Shown here: positions 1 to 10,411 of the stretch, one piece after another
Numbering within the stretch: position 1 is the first letter of the stretch
How the letters are laid out: each line of letters starts with the position of its first letter
From: Malacoraja senta
Lineage: Eukaryota
NCBI GenBank assembly: GCA_038087875.1
Contig: JAXLNO010000382.1
Span: forward strand, 45,899-65,898
DNA length: 20,000 nt
Direction: 5' to 3'
The notes under the pieces: generated by a model
Told to the model about the DNA's origin: nothing
The model's database searches: none
What the model saw: only the letters and a program-made list of their open reading frames with translations
Made by a program: the position numbers and the translations under genes

Positions 1-770
1 CCTTGTTTTTGCCACCAAAGTGGATAACCTCACATTTATCTATATTATACTGCATCTGCCACGCATCTGCCCACTCACTCAACCTGTCCAGGTCACCCTG
101 CAACCTCCTAACATCCTCTTCACAGTTCACACTGCCACCCAGCTTTGTGTCACCCACAAACTTGCTAGAGTTGCTCCTAATTCCCTCTTCCAAATCATTA
201 ATATATATGGTAAACAGTAGCGGCCCCAACACCGAGCCTTGCGGCACTCCACTGCCTGCCATTCTGAAAAGGACCCGTTCACTCTTACTCTTTGCTTCCT
301 GTCTGCCAACCAATTTTCTATCCACGTCAACACCCTACCCCCAATATCATGTGCTCTAATTTTAGTCACCAGTCTCCCGTGCGGGACCTTATCAAAGGCT
401 TTCTGAAAGTTTAGATACACTACATCCACTGGCACCCCTTCATCCATTTTACTTGTCACATCTTCAAAAAATTCCAGAAGATTAGTCAAGCATGATTTCC
501 CTTTCATAAATCCATGCTGACTTGGACTAATCCTTTAACTGCTAACCAAATGCCCCATTATTACCTCTTTAATAATTGACTCCAGCATCTTTCCCACCAC
601 CGAAGTCAGGCTAACTGGTCTGTAATTCCCCGTTTTCTCTCTCGCTCCTTTCTTGAAAAGTGGGATAACATTAGATATCCTTCAATGCACATGACCTGAT
701 CCTGAGTCTATTGAACATTGGAAAATGATCACCAATGCGTCCATTATTTCTAGAGCCACCTCCCTGAGGA
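1..770 (-). mobile_element. CR1-clade LINE fragment, ORF2 RT region (degraded, runs off window start)
   Basis: ORF 127..507(-) reads KGKSCLTNLLEFFEDVT...VYLNFQKAFDKVPH...[13 protein letters not shown], a CR1 RT signature; homologous to about 17110-17900; small deletion near 250 breaks the frame. Confidence 0.95.
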
Positions 771-871
771 CTATAAACATCGCTTCTCCATTCCCTCCGT
801 AGATGTTGCCTGGGCTGCTGAATTCCTCCAGCACTTGGTGTTTTGCTCAGGATTGCAGCATCTGCAGTTTC
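771..871 (+). mobile_element. Old copy of the short hammerhead-associated (Penelope pLTR-like) element, 3' part only
   Basis: agatgttgcctgggctgctgaattcctccagcac...cagcatctgcagttt matches the body of the copies at 4040-4120 and 13060-13130. Confidence 0.65.
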
Positions 872-958
872 CAGTATCGGGCCCAACATGTCACTCTGTC
901 ACACCGCCACAGTTGTGATGGAAGGACATTGAGCTGAAACTTGAACTGTTCCTCCCTC

Positions 959-1220
959 GCGCAGCGGGTAGAGTTGCTGCCTCACAGCGCCAAAGACCTG
1001 GGTTCAATCCCAACTAAGGGCGCTGTACGTTCTCCCCGTGACCTGCGTGGGTTTTCACCGGGTGCTCCGGTTTCCTCCCACACTCCAAAGGCATGCAGGT
1101 TTGCTGGCTTGGTATAATTGCAAATAGCACTCGTGGGTTAGTGTCAGGGATCGCTGGTCGGCGTGGATTCAGTGGGCCAAAGGACCTGTTTCCGCCCTCT
1201 ATCTCTAAACTAAATTAAAC
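959..1220 (+). mobile_element. HE1-like tRNA-derived V-SINE
   Basis: A-box remnant gcgcagcgggtag, B-box gggttcaatcc, V-domain ccgggtgctccggtttcctcccaca, CR1-like tail ending ctaaactaaattaaac. Confidence 0.85.
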
Positions 1221-1344
1221 AAGGTCTAAGTCTGTGGATCTGAATGTAGGTTGGATTCTGGTCCATCTATAATGTTAATATGCATTGACAGGGCTATGCA
1301 ATAAATATTACAATAAGCTACTTAACAATCTCCAATCCCATCTG

Positions 1345-1463
1345 TTTAGTTCAGTTTAGTTTGGAGATAAAGCGTGGAAGGCCCTTCAGCCCTAGAGTTC
1401 ACGCTGACCAGCGATCAACCCGTCTCTGGCTCTGTGAGGCAGCGGCTCTCCTCTCTGCGCTGC
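1345..1463 (-). mobile_element. HE1-like SINE, internally deleted
   Basis: Reverse-complement tail (tttagttcagtttagttt...ggcccttcagccc) joined directly to head remnant (ctgtgaggcagc...ctgcgc). Confidence 0.7.
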
Positions 1464-1539
1464 CTTGGGTCTAGAGGAAGGAAGTCTCACTATAAATGCA
1501 CACCTGGAGAACCAGGGAACCAGCTACGTGCGGCCGACG

Positions 1540-1800
1540 TTGCTTCTTATGTACATGACCAACTTCATGCAGAGAAGGTGAGATTAGTAAAGTGGCAGAT
1601 GACGCAAAACACAGTTCTATCGAGGATAGTCTCAGGGTGTAAAAATATACTGATGGGCTTAAAATTGGAAACAGGAATGACAAAATGGAATTTAACCCTC
1701 AAGAGTGCAAAGTGAAGTCAAATGAAGATAGGGGGCTGGGGGTGCAGTGGAACAGAGGGACCTCAGTGTATAGTACCTGTTACTCCCTTACTGCTATCCA
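1540..1800 (+). mobile_element. Highly degraded CR1 RT fragment
   Basis: attagtaaagtggcagatgacgcaaaa resembles [19 protein letters not shown] resembles the CR1 MEFNxxKCEV motif. Confidence 0.55.
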
Positions 1801-1807
1801 AGAGGTC

Positions 1808-1904
1808 AAGATAGACATAAAAAGCTGCAGTAACTCAGCGGGCTCGGCAGGGTCTCTGGAGAGGACTAGGTGATATTATGGGTCGAGACCCTTCCTCAGA
1901 CTGA
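1808..1904 (-). mobile_element. Short hammerhead-family element, core mutated
   Basis: - strand reads cagtCTGAGGAagggtctcgacccATAATATCacc followed by the family body; GAAA is lost. Confidence 0.75.
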
Positions 1905-1910
1905 AATCTC

Positions 1911-2449
1911 AATATTTTTACTGCAGAGATAGATAGATTCAAGGTCAATTTATTGTCACATGTACCAATTAAGGTACAGTGAAATTTGATTAGTCACGGT
2001 GGCGCAGCGGTAGAGTTGCTGCCTTACAGCGAATGCATTGCCGGACACCCGGGTTCAATCCTGACTACGGGTGCTGTCTGTACGGAGTTTGCACGTTCTC
2101 CCCATGACCTGCGTGGGTTTTCTCAGAGATCATCGCTTTCTTCTCACATACCAAAGACGTACAGGTTTGTAGGTTAATTGGCTTGGTATAAATGTAAAAA
2201 TTGTCCCCAGTGGGTGTAGGATAGTGTTAATGTGCGGGGATCGCTGGTTGGCGTGGACCCGGTGGGCCGAAGGGCCTGTTTCTGCGCTCTATGCCTAAAC
2301 TAAACTACAGGTGTCCGAGGTTATTGTGAGAAGGCAGGAGAATAGGGTTAGGAGGGAGGGATAGATCAGCCATGATTGAATGGCGTAGACTTGATGGGCC
2401 AAAAGGCCTAATTCACTGCTATTCATTCTGACCTTATAGAACAGTGCAT
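1911..2449 (+). mobile_element. CR1 3' end (subfamily B), interrupted by a Rex1-type tail (1941-1985, -) and an HE1 SINE (1995-2306)
   Basis: Pieces 1911-1940, 1986-1994 and 2307-2436 align collinearly with the reverse complement of 13482-13640. Confidence 0.75.
1995..2306 (+). mobile_element. HE1-like V-SINE, near full length
   Basis: A-box ggtggcgcagcggt, B-box gggttcaatcc, V-domain, tail gtgggccgaagggcctgtttc...ctaaactaaact. Confidence 0.9.
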
Positions 2450-2855
2450 TAGTCTGAAAAACGGTCTCAACCCGAAACGTCACCTATTCCTTTTCTCCAG
2501 AGATGCTATCTGTCCCACTGAGATATTAGCATTTTCTCTCTATCTTTGGTGTAAACCAGCATCTTTAGTTTAATTTAGTTTAGACCACGTCTACGCCGAC
2601 CAGCAATCCCCGCACATTAGCATTATCCTACACACTAGGGACAATTAATAACTTTACCGAAGCCAATTAACCTACAAACCTGTACGCCTTTGGAGTGTGG
2701 GAGGAAACGGAAGTACCCGGAGTAAACCCACACAGGTCGCGGGGAGAAGGTACAAACTCCGTACAGACAGCACCCGAGGTAAGGATGGAACCCGGGTTTC
2801 TGGCACTGTGAGACAGCAACTCTACCGCTGCACCACCCTAGCAGTTCCTTCCTTG
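2450..2855 (+). mobile_element. Hammerhead-family element split by an HE1 SINE (pieces about 2450-2564 and 2841-2855)
   Basis: agtCTGAAAAacggtctcaacccGAAACGTCacc; body breaks at cagcatct and resumes as gcagttccttccttg at 2841. Confidence 0.8.
2565..2837 (-). mobile_element. HE1-like V-SINE
   Basis: Reverse complement of A/B boxes (ctaccgctgcaccacc; gaacccggg), V-domain and (TAAAC)n-type tail. Confidence 0.9.
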
Positions 2856-3179
2856 GCAGACACGAGGTGACAACTTTTCTCTCACAGAAACAGGCCCCAG
2901 CCGCTGTGCCACTGTGCTGCCCATACATGGAAACAGTGTCTGCTGTGTTTCTGTGGCTGGAGACACAGAATATCCACCGAGGTAGTGGAGAACCATAGGT
3001 CCAGAGTACATGAGGAACAAGCCTTCTCTTCCATCAAACCTACCCCACATTTCGAACAGGCCCTTCAGCCCATCATGTCCCTGCTAAACAACGGGTACCT
3101 ATCCATGCTAACCCCACCTACTTTCACTTGCTCTGCAGTCATCTATGTCTCAGTGCACATCCAGATCCTCCTCAAGCTT

Positions 3180-3684
3180 GGCACAGTGGGTAGAGTCGCT
3201 GCCTCACCGCTCCAGAGACCCAGGTTCAATCCTGACCTCACCCACTGTCTGTGTGGAGTTTCCATGTTCTCCCTCTGACCGTGTGGGTTTCCTCTAGGTG
3301 CTCCGGTTTCCTCCCACATCCCAAAGACTTGCGGGTTTGTAGGTTAATTGCCCCCAGTGTGTAGGGAGTTGATGTAAAAGTGGGATAACATGGAACGAGA
3401 GTGAACGGGTGGGTGATCGATGGTCGGTGTGGACTTGGCTCTGGAGATAGAGTGTGGAAATAGGCCCTTCGGCCCGACCGAGTCCACGCCGACCAGCGAT
3501 CGCCCCGTACACCAGTGGGGTCCCTACTCCCCAGGGACAATTTATAATTTTACAAAAGACAATTAACCTACAAACCTGTACGTCTTTGGGATGTGGGAGG
3601 AAACCGGAGCACCCGGAGGAAACCCACGCAGTGAACTCTGTGGGCCGACGGGCTAGTTTCCCCGCTGTATTTCTAAACTAAACA
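3180..3684 (+). mobile_element. HE1-like SINE with a second HE1 fragment (about 3440-3632, -) inserted in its tail
   Basis: Head and V-domain at 3180-3437; tail resumes at 3640 (gtgggccgacgggc...ctaaactaaac); the intervening segment is reverse-complement tail plus V-domain. Confidence 0.85.
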
Positions 3685-3732
3685 AGAGTTTGGATTGGGA
3701 GTCGCTGATGGTACTCGCCTCTGACCCGTAGA

Positions 3733-3825
3733 GAGACAACACAAAAAGCTGGAGTAACTCAGCGGGACAGGCCGCATCCTCAGAGAGGAGGAATGGGTGA
3801 CGATTCGGGTCGAGACCCTTCTCAA
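3733..3825 (-). mobile_element. Hammerhead-family element, core mutated
   Basis: - strand reads ttgagaagggtctcgacccGAATCGTCacccattcc followed by the family body. Confidence 0.75.
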
Positions 3826-3940
3826 GTACAATAGGTAGAACGAAAGGGAAGATACAGATTGCAGAATATAGTTCTCAGCATTGTAGCACACCAGATCCAG
3901 AGACAAAGTCCAATGTCCGCAATGGAGTAGAGGTGAATCC
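3826..3940 (-). mobile_element. Fragment of a Rex1-like 3' UTR
   Basis: Reverse complement aligns with 11818-11930 (gattcacctctac..cattgcggacattggactttgtctctgga..tacaatgctgagaactatattctgca). Confidence 0.75.
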
Positions 3941-3966
3941 ATATCCGCACCCACATCGGTGAATCA

Positions 3967-4125
3967 CTGGAGAGAAGGAACAGGTGACATTTCGGGTCGA
4001 GAAGGGTCTCGACCTGCAACGTCACGCATTCCTATTCTCCAGAGATGCTGCCTGTCCCACTGAGTTACGCCAGCATTTTGCATCTATCTTCAGTTTAAAC
4101 CAGCATCTGCAGTTCCTCCCTACAC
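3967..4125 (+). mobile_element. Hammerhead-family element with an inverted 5' segment (fold-back)
   Basis: 3967-4002 is an imperfect reverse complement of 4007-4042; family body follows to about 4125. Confidence 0.8.
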
Positions 4126-4182
4126 GCTTTGACCAGTACCAGCTCTCCAGTGAGCAGAATAGCCATGTTGCCAGCATCATCC

Positions 4183-4470
4183 CGGGCGGCACGGTGGCGC
4201 AGCGGTAGAGCTACTGCCTCACAGCGCCAGGGACCCGGGTTCCATCATGACCACGGGCTCTGTCTGTACGGAGTTTGTACAATCCCCCCGTGACCTGGAT
4301 GGGTTTTCACAGAGATCTTCGTTTTCCTCCCACGCCCCAAAGATGTACAGGTTTGTTGGTTAATTGGCTTGGTGTAATTGTAAATTGTCCCTAGTGTGTG
4401 TGTAGTGTTAGTGTTAGTGTGCCGGGATCGCTGGTCGGTGCCGGTTTCCGCTGTAAAATCAAAACTAAAC
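4183..4470 (+). mobile_element. HE1-like V-SINE, near full length
   Basis: gggcggcacggtggcgcagcggtagag head, B-box gggttccatc, V-domain, tail aaaactaaac. Confidence 0.9.
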
Positions 4471-4526
4471 ATCACCAACGACACGACAAAAGACATTTAG
4501 TGGAAAGATGCTGCTTTACATAAAGA

Positions 4527-4625
4527 ATGACACAAAGTGCTGGAGTAACTCAGCGGGTCAGGCAGCATTTCCAGACAAAGTGGATAGGTGACGTTTCCTT
4601 TTGTGACCTTGCTTCAGACTGATAG
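4527..4625 (-). mobile_element. Hammerhead-family element, degraded
   Basis: - strand reads cagtCTGAAGCaaggtcacaaaagGAAACGTCacctatcc followed by the family body. Confidence 0.7.
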
Positions 4626-4715
4626 TCAGAGGGGGAGCAGTGAGAGGGTCTCGCAGAACTCCTGTCGGAGAGAGGAGGAGAGGGTGATCCTCAATGTAGA
4701 CATACAAAGTCAACG

Positions 4716-4905
4716 AGGTCCTACTGCAGTTGGACAGGGCCATGGTGAGACCGCACCTGGAGTATTCTGTGCAGTTGCAATTTGAGGAATGACATTCTTG
4801 CTGTTGAAAGAGTGCAGCTTAGGTTCACCAGGTTAATTCCCGGGATGGCGAGACTGACATATGGCGAAAGAATGGATCAACTGGCCTTATATTCACTGGA
4901 ATTAG
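4716..4905 (+). mobile_element. CR1 ORF2 C-terminal fragment
   Basis: gtgagaccgcacctggagtat (VRPHLEY) and aggttcaccaggttaattcccgggatg (RFTRLIPGM). Confidence 0.85.
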
Positions 4906-6733
4906 TGTCATAGAGTCATAGAGAGATACAGTGTGGAAACAGGCCCTTCGGCCCAGCTCGCCCACACCAGCCAACAAAGATCCAGCTACACTAGTCCCAC
5001 TTGCCTGTGTTTGGTCCATATCCCTCCAAACCTGTCCTATCCATGTACCTGTCTGTTTCGTAAACGAGTTTGTTCCATACACCCAACATCCTCTGTATGA
5101 AAATGTTACCCCTCAGATTCCTATTAAATCTTTTGCCCTTCACCTTGAACCCATGTCCTCTGGTCCTCAATTCCCCTACTCTGGGTAAAGGACTCTGTGC
5201 ATCTACCCGATCTATTCCTCACATGATTTTGTATACCTCTATAAGATCTCCCCTCATCCTCCTGGAATAGAGACCCAGCCTACTCAACCTCTCCCTATAG
5301 CTCACATCCTCTTGACCTGGCAACATCCTCGTAAATATTTTCTGAACCCTTTCAAGCTTGACAATATCTTTCCTATAACATGGTGCACAGAACTGAACAC
5401 AATATTCTAAATGTTGTCTCACCAACATCTTATACAACTGCAACATGATTTCCCAACTTCTATACTCAATACTCTGACTGATGAAGGCTAAATGCCAAAA
5501 GCCTTTTTGACCACCTTATCTACCTGCGACTCGACCTTCATGGAACCATGCACCTGTACTCCTAGATCCCTCTACAACACTACCCAGAGGCCTACCATTC
5601 AGTGTGTAGGTCCTGCCCTTGTTCGACGTCCCAAAATGCAACACCTCACACTTCTCTGTATTAAATTCCATCAACCATTCCTCCGCCCACGTGGCCAATC
5701 GATCCAGATCCTGCTGCAATTGTTTCACAACCATCTTCACTATCTGCAAAACGGCTAACTTTTATATCATCAGCAAACTTGCTAATCTTGCCCTGTATGT
5801 TCACATCCAAATCATTGATGTAGATGACAAACTGTACAGACCCAGCACTGAACCCTGAGGCACACCACTAGTCACAGGCCTCCAGTCTGTGAAGCAACCT
5901 TCCACCATCACCCTCTGCTTCCTTCCATGGAGCCAATTTGCATTCCATTCAGCTATCTCTCCTTGGATCCCATGCGATCTAACCTCCCAGAGCAGCCTAC
6001 CATGCGGAACCTTGTCGAACACCTTACTAAAGTCCATGTACACAACATCCACAGCTCTGCCCTCATCGACCTTTTGGCTCACATTTAAAAAAAAATCCAT
6101 CAGATTTGTGAGACACGACCTCCCACGTACAAAACCATGCTGACTGTCCCTAATCAGCCCTTGTCCATCCAAATGCCTGTATAACCTATCCCTCAGAATA
6201 CTCTCCAGTAACTTTCCAACTACACATGTTAAGCTCACCGGCCAATAGTTCCCAGCATTTTCCCTGCAGCCTTTCTTGAAAAGAGGCACAACATTGCCAC
6301 CCTCCAGTCTACCGGCACCTCTCCTGTATTTAAGGATGACTCGTAAATTTTAACCAGGGCTCCCGCAATTTCCTCTCTAATTTCTCGCAATGTCCTCGGA
6401 TATATCTGATCAGGCCCTGGAGATTTGTCAACCGTCATACACGATAGTACCTTCAGTACTTCTTCGACAGTAACAGTGACTGCTCTCAAGACACTTCCAT
6501 TGACTGCCTCAAGTTCCTCCGTCCTCCCATCTTTCTCCTCGGTAAATACGGAAGAGAAATACTCATTGAGGACCTTGCCCATCTCCTGTGGCTCCACACA
6601 GAGGTCACCGCTTTGATTCCTGAGAGGTCCCACTCTCTCTCCAGTTACCCTTTTCCCCCTTACGTATTTATTAAATCTTTTGGGAATGTCCTTAATGCTA
6701 CCCGCCAGAGCTATCTCCTGGCCAATTTTTGCC

Positions 6734-7260
6734 AGGACATTCTTGCCATAGAGGGAGTACAGAGAAGGTTCACCAGATTGATTCCTGGGATGTCAGGACT
6801 TTCATATGAAGAAAGACTGGATAGACTCGGCTTGTACTCGCTAGAATTTAGAAGATTGAGGGAGGATCTTATAGAAACTTACAAAATTCTTAAGGGGTTG
6901 GACAGGCTAGATGCAGGTAGATTGTTCCCGATGTTGGGGAAGTCCAGAACAAGGGGTCACAGTTTAAGGATTAAGGGGAAATCCTTTGGGACCGAGATGA
7001 GAAAAACATTTTTCACACAGAGAGTGGTGAATCTCTGGAACTCTCTGCCACAGAAGGTAGTTGAGGCCAGTTCATTGGCTATATTAAGAGGGAGTTAGAT
7101 GTGGCCCTTGAGGCTAAAGGGATCAGGGGGCATGGAGAGAAGGCAGGTACAGGATACTGAGTTGGATGATCAGCCATGATCATATTGAATGGCGGTGCAG
7201 GCTCAAAGGGCCGAATGGCCTACTCCTGCATCTATTTTCTATGTTTCTATGTTTCTATGT
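6734..7260 (+). mobile_element. CR1 3' end (subfamily Y), 5'-truncated
   Basis: DILAIEGVQRRFTRLIPGMSGLSYEERL...; nearly identical to 18158-18680; tail (TTTCTATG)n. Confidence 0.95.
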
Positions 7261-7674
7261 TTTGGTCCCCTAATTTGAGGAAGGACATTCTTGCTATTGA
7301 GGGAGTACAGCGTAGGTTTACAAGGTTAATTCCCGGGATGGCAGGACTGTCATATGCTGAGAGAATGGAGCAGCTGGGCTTGTACACTCTGGAGTTTAGA
7401 AGGGTGAGAGGTGATCTCATTGAAACATATAAGATTGTTAAATGCTTGGACACGCTAGAGGCAGGAAACATGTTCCCGATGTTGGGGGAGTCCAGAACCA
7501 GGGGCCACAGTTTAAGAATAAGTAGTAAGCCATTTAGAACGGAGATGAGGAAACACTTTTTCTCACAGAGAGTGGTGAGTCTGTGGAGTCTGAGGGCGAT
7601 GGAGGCAGGTTCTCTGGATGCTTTCAAGAGAGAGCTAGATAGGGCTCTTAATAATGGAGGAGTCAGGGGATATG

Positions 7675-9924
7675 CATCCACTGCTACGGAACATATAAGA
7701 AATATGTTCGACAGACTCGAACTGATATCTCCGGACGCCCCCAAATTCATCATGGGTGACTTCAATCACTGTTCAATTGACAAGTCACTTAAAGGATTTT
7801 ACCAGTATGTCAATTGCACCACCCGTCTAGGGAAAACACTGGACAAATGCTATGGGTCAGTCCCAGAAGCCTACAGAGCCGTCTCCCTCCCTACCCTAGG
7901 CTCTGCTGACCACAGCAGCATACTGCTCGCTCCTGCCTACACACCTGTGGTAAAGAGAACAGAGAAAGTCATCAAGGACATCAAACAGTGGACACCGGAC
8001 AGTATTGACAGGCTTCAATGGTGTTTTGAAACCACAGACTGGAATACCCTCACATCCTCCTCCAACACCAGTGAGCAAGCGGATACAGTCTCGGCATACA
8101 TCACTTTCTGTGTAGACAATATTATCCCCTCCAAGAAGGTCACAATCTTCCCTAACAATAAACCCTGGGTGACTAAAGATCTAAAAAACATATTGAATAA
8201 GAAAAAGAGAACATTTTTTACCGGTTCTGTAGCTGAGAAGAAGGAGGTAAACAGAGAGGTCAAGCGGGCCATAAAAATTGCCAAGCTGAAATACAAGAAC
8301 AAGGTGGAGCAGACCTTTGTAAAAGGGAACCTCCGTGCGGCTTGGCAGGGCCTCAAGAACATGGCAGCAGTGAACTCTGTCTCTACCAGCCGTAAGCCCA
8401 TTCAGGTAGCAGGATGCAGCTTCACTTCACTCCCGAATGATCTCAACTCCTTCTATACCAGATTTGAAAAGGACAACAGCACCCAGCTAGAATCAATCGT
8501 CTCCACACTCAGACCTGATGACTCCGGCCTCAACATCAACACATCAGAGGTGGTGAGAGCCCTCAAAAGGACTAAAAAGAACACAGCTCCAGGGCCAGAC
8601 AACATCTGTGGGCGGACCCTATGGCACTGTGCTGAGCAGCTGGGAGGTTTGTTCCAGCATCTGTTCCAGGGCTCTTTGACCAGCAGCACAGTCCCCGCGA
8701 TGTGGAAAAACTCAACAGTGATTCCCGTCCCCAAGAAGGGCACCACCAAGGTCCTGAATGACCTTAGACCGGTGGCTCTCACCTCCCTGGTCATGAAGGC
8801 CATGGAGAGGATCATCAAGGAGCCCATCACCAAGGCAACTGGCTCGATGATGGATCCATTGCAGTTTGCTTACCAGGCTGGCAGGGGTGTCGATGACGCA
8901 AAAATATTCATCTTAAACACCATCCATAAGCATCTGGAAATCCCCAAGACCACAGCCAGACTTCTGTTTGCAGACTTTTCATCAGCATTCAACACCATGC
9001 AGCCACATATTTTGGCTGAGAAGCTCATCACCCGCTTTCACCTCAACCACCAACTCACTCTGTGGATTATAGACTTCCTCACCAACAGATCACAGAGGGT
9101 GTTGGTGAACCATACCTTGTCCGACACCCTCTTCACCTTCACTGGCTCTCCACAAGGCTGTGTCCTCTCCCCACTTCTCTTCATTCTCTACACTGATGAC
9201 TGCAGATCCACCCAGCCTAACTGCCACTTTGTAAAATTTGCTGATGACACAGTCCTCCTGTCTCTGCTTCCCAGCCATACACAACATCATAGCTCAGCCC
9301 TGCAGGACTTTATAGTATGGTGTGAAAAGTCTTGTCTTGAGCTAAATATAAGCAAAACCAAGGACATGATTGTGACCTTTTCCCCCCAACAGAGACAGAT
9401 GGTTGAGGCAGCCACCACTATCATCCAGCAGGAGCCAGTGGAGATAGTGGAGGTATACAAATACCTGGGAACAGCCTTTGACAACCTACTAAGGTTTTCC
9501 TCTAACACAGAGGAAATCCTTAAAAAGTGCCATCAGAGACAGTACCTACTCAGGAAGCTGGTCATTTGGGATTAACAAAGACATTCTCACCACATTCTAC
9601 TACGCATTCATTGAAAATGTAATATCTTTCTCTTTCACTAGCTGGTTCCACTCCATCACCCTGCAAAACAGAATCCGCTTGTTGAATGTGGTCAAGGTCT
9701 GCTCAAAAATCATTGAGCAGCCCGTCCGAACTCTCACTGCCCTATGCGACCAACAGTCTGTAAAGTTAACACGCACGATTCTTCAGGACCCCTCTCACAT
9801 CCTGTTTCCTGAGTTTGAGTGGCTCCCCTCAGGACGCAGACTTCGCTGTCCGGGTTGCCGGACACAGAGGAGGAAGGCAACCTTTATCCCCAGGGCTGTC
9901 CAGCTTCTTAATGCTGATCACTGA
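7675..9924 (+). pseudogene. Rex1/Babar APE-RT polyprotein (partial; single apparent 1-nt frameshift near 9560)
   Basis: APE motifs IMGDFNH, TLDKCY, SADHS; RT motifs LRPVALTS, QFAY, DFSSAFNT, GSPQGCVLSPLLF, KFADD, YKYLG; after LRKL the reading continues in another frame (SFGINKDILTTFY...) to the stop at 9922-9924. Confidence 0.9.
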
Positions 9925-10217
9925 CTCATGAACATATGAAATGAAATAACCTTCTATATGCACTTTTTAATTGAAGCAGTAAGGAAGCACTTTAAAAACT
10001 ATTACTATGTAAACTATTACTATGTGTTGAATGTTGATGTGCTGTGTGTTGTGTGATTGTGCAGTGTGTCTGTGAAATGCGTGTGTTGGTTGATTGTGGA
10101 GTATGCGTGCTGCTTATGTTTGTTGATTGTGTCCCTTTAAAAAAAAAAGCTACTGTAATGCGCCCTTTTAAATTGCCCCTCAGGGGCGAATAAAGTGCTT
10201 TGATTGATTGATTGATT
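7675..10217 (+). mobile_element. Rex1/Babar-clade LINE, 5'-truncated within the APE endonuclease, with 6-bp TSD gatatg
   Basis: gatatg at 7669-7674 and 10218-10223; 3' hairpin gcccctcaggggc, AATAAA at 10189-10194 and (TGAT)n tail; Rex1-type C-terminus LPSGRRLR...ATFIPRAVQLLN. Confidence 0.9.
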
Positions 10218-10411
10218 GATATGGGGAGAAGGCAGGAACGGGGTACTGATTGGGGATGATCAGCCATGATCACATTGAATGGCGGTGCTGGCTCGAAGGG
10301 CCGAATGGCCTACTCCTGCACCTATTGTCTATTGTCTATTGCCCTTCTGATTTCCTTTTTTAGTTTACTCCTTAGTTTCCAAACCTCCTCCAGGGATGCA
10401 CTTGATCCCAG

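Larger units (their letters stand above)
7258..10338 (+). mobile_element. CR1 3' end (subfamily Z), split by the Rex1 insertion (pieces 7258-7674 and 10224-10338)
   Basis: FWSPNLRKDILAIEGVQ...GGVRGY continues as GEKAGTGY after 10223; tail (CTATTGT)n. Confidence 0.92.

Noticed and set aside
1995..2065. tRNA genes at SINE heads (also 4183 and 12138)
   Set aside because: A/B boxes run straight into the V-domain and LINE tail with no complete cloverleaf; these are SINE heads
7247..9508. Antisense ORFs over CR1/Rex1 and the many short ORFs over SINEs
   Set aside because: Shadow ORFs of repeat sequence with no independent protein signature
7675..9924. Bacterial RT system (retron, DGR, group II intron)
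   Set aside because: APE domain, TSD, AATAAA and microsatellite tail identify a eukaryotic non-LTR retrotransposon
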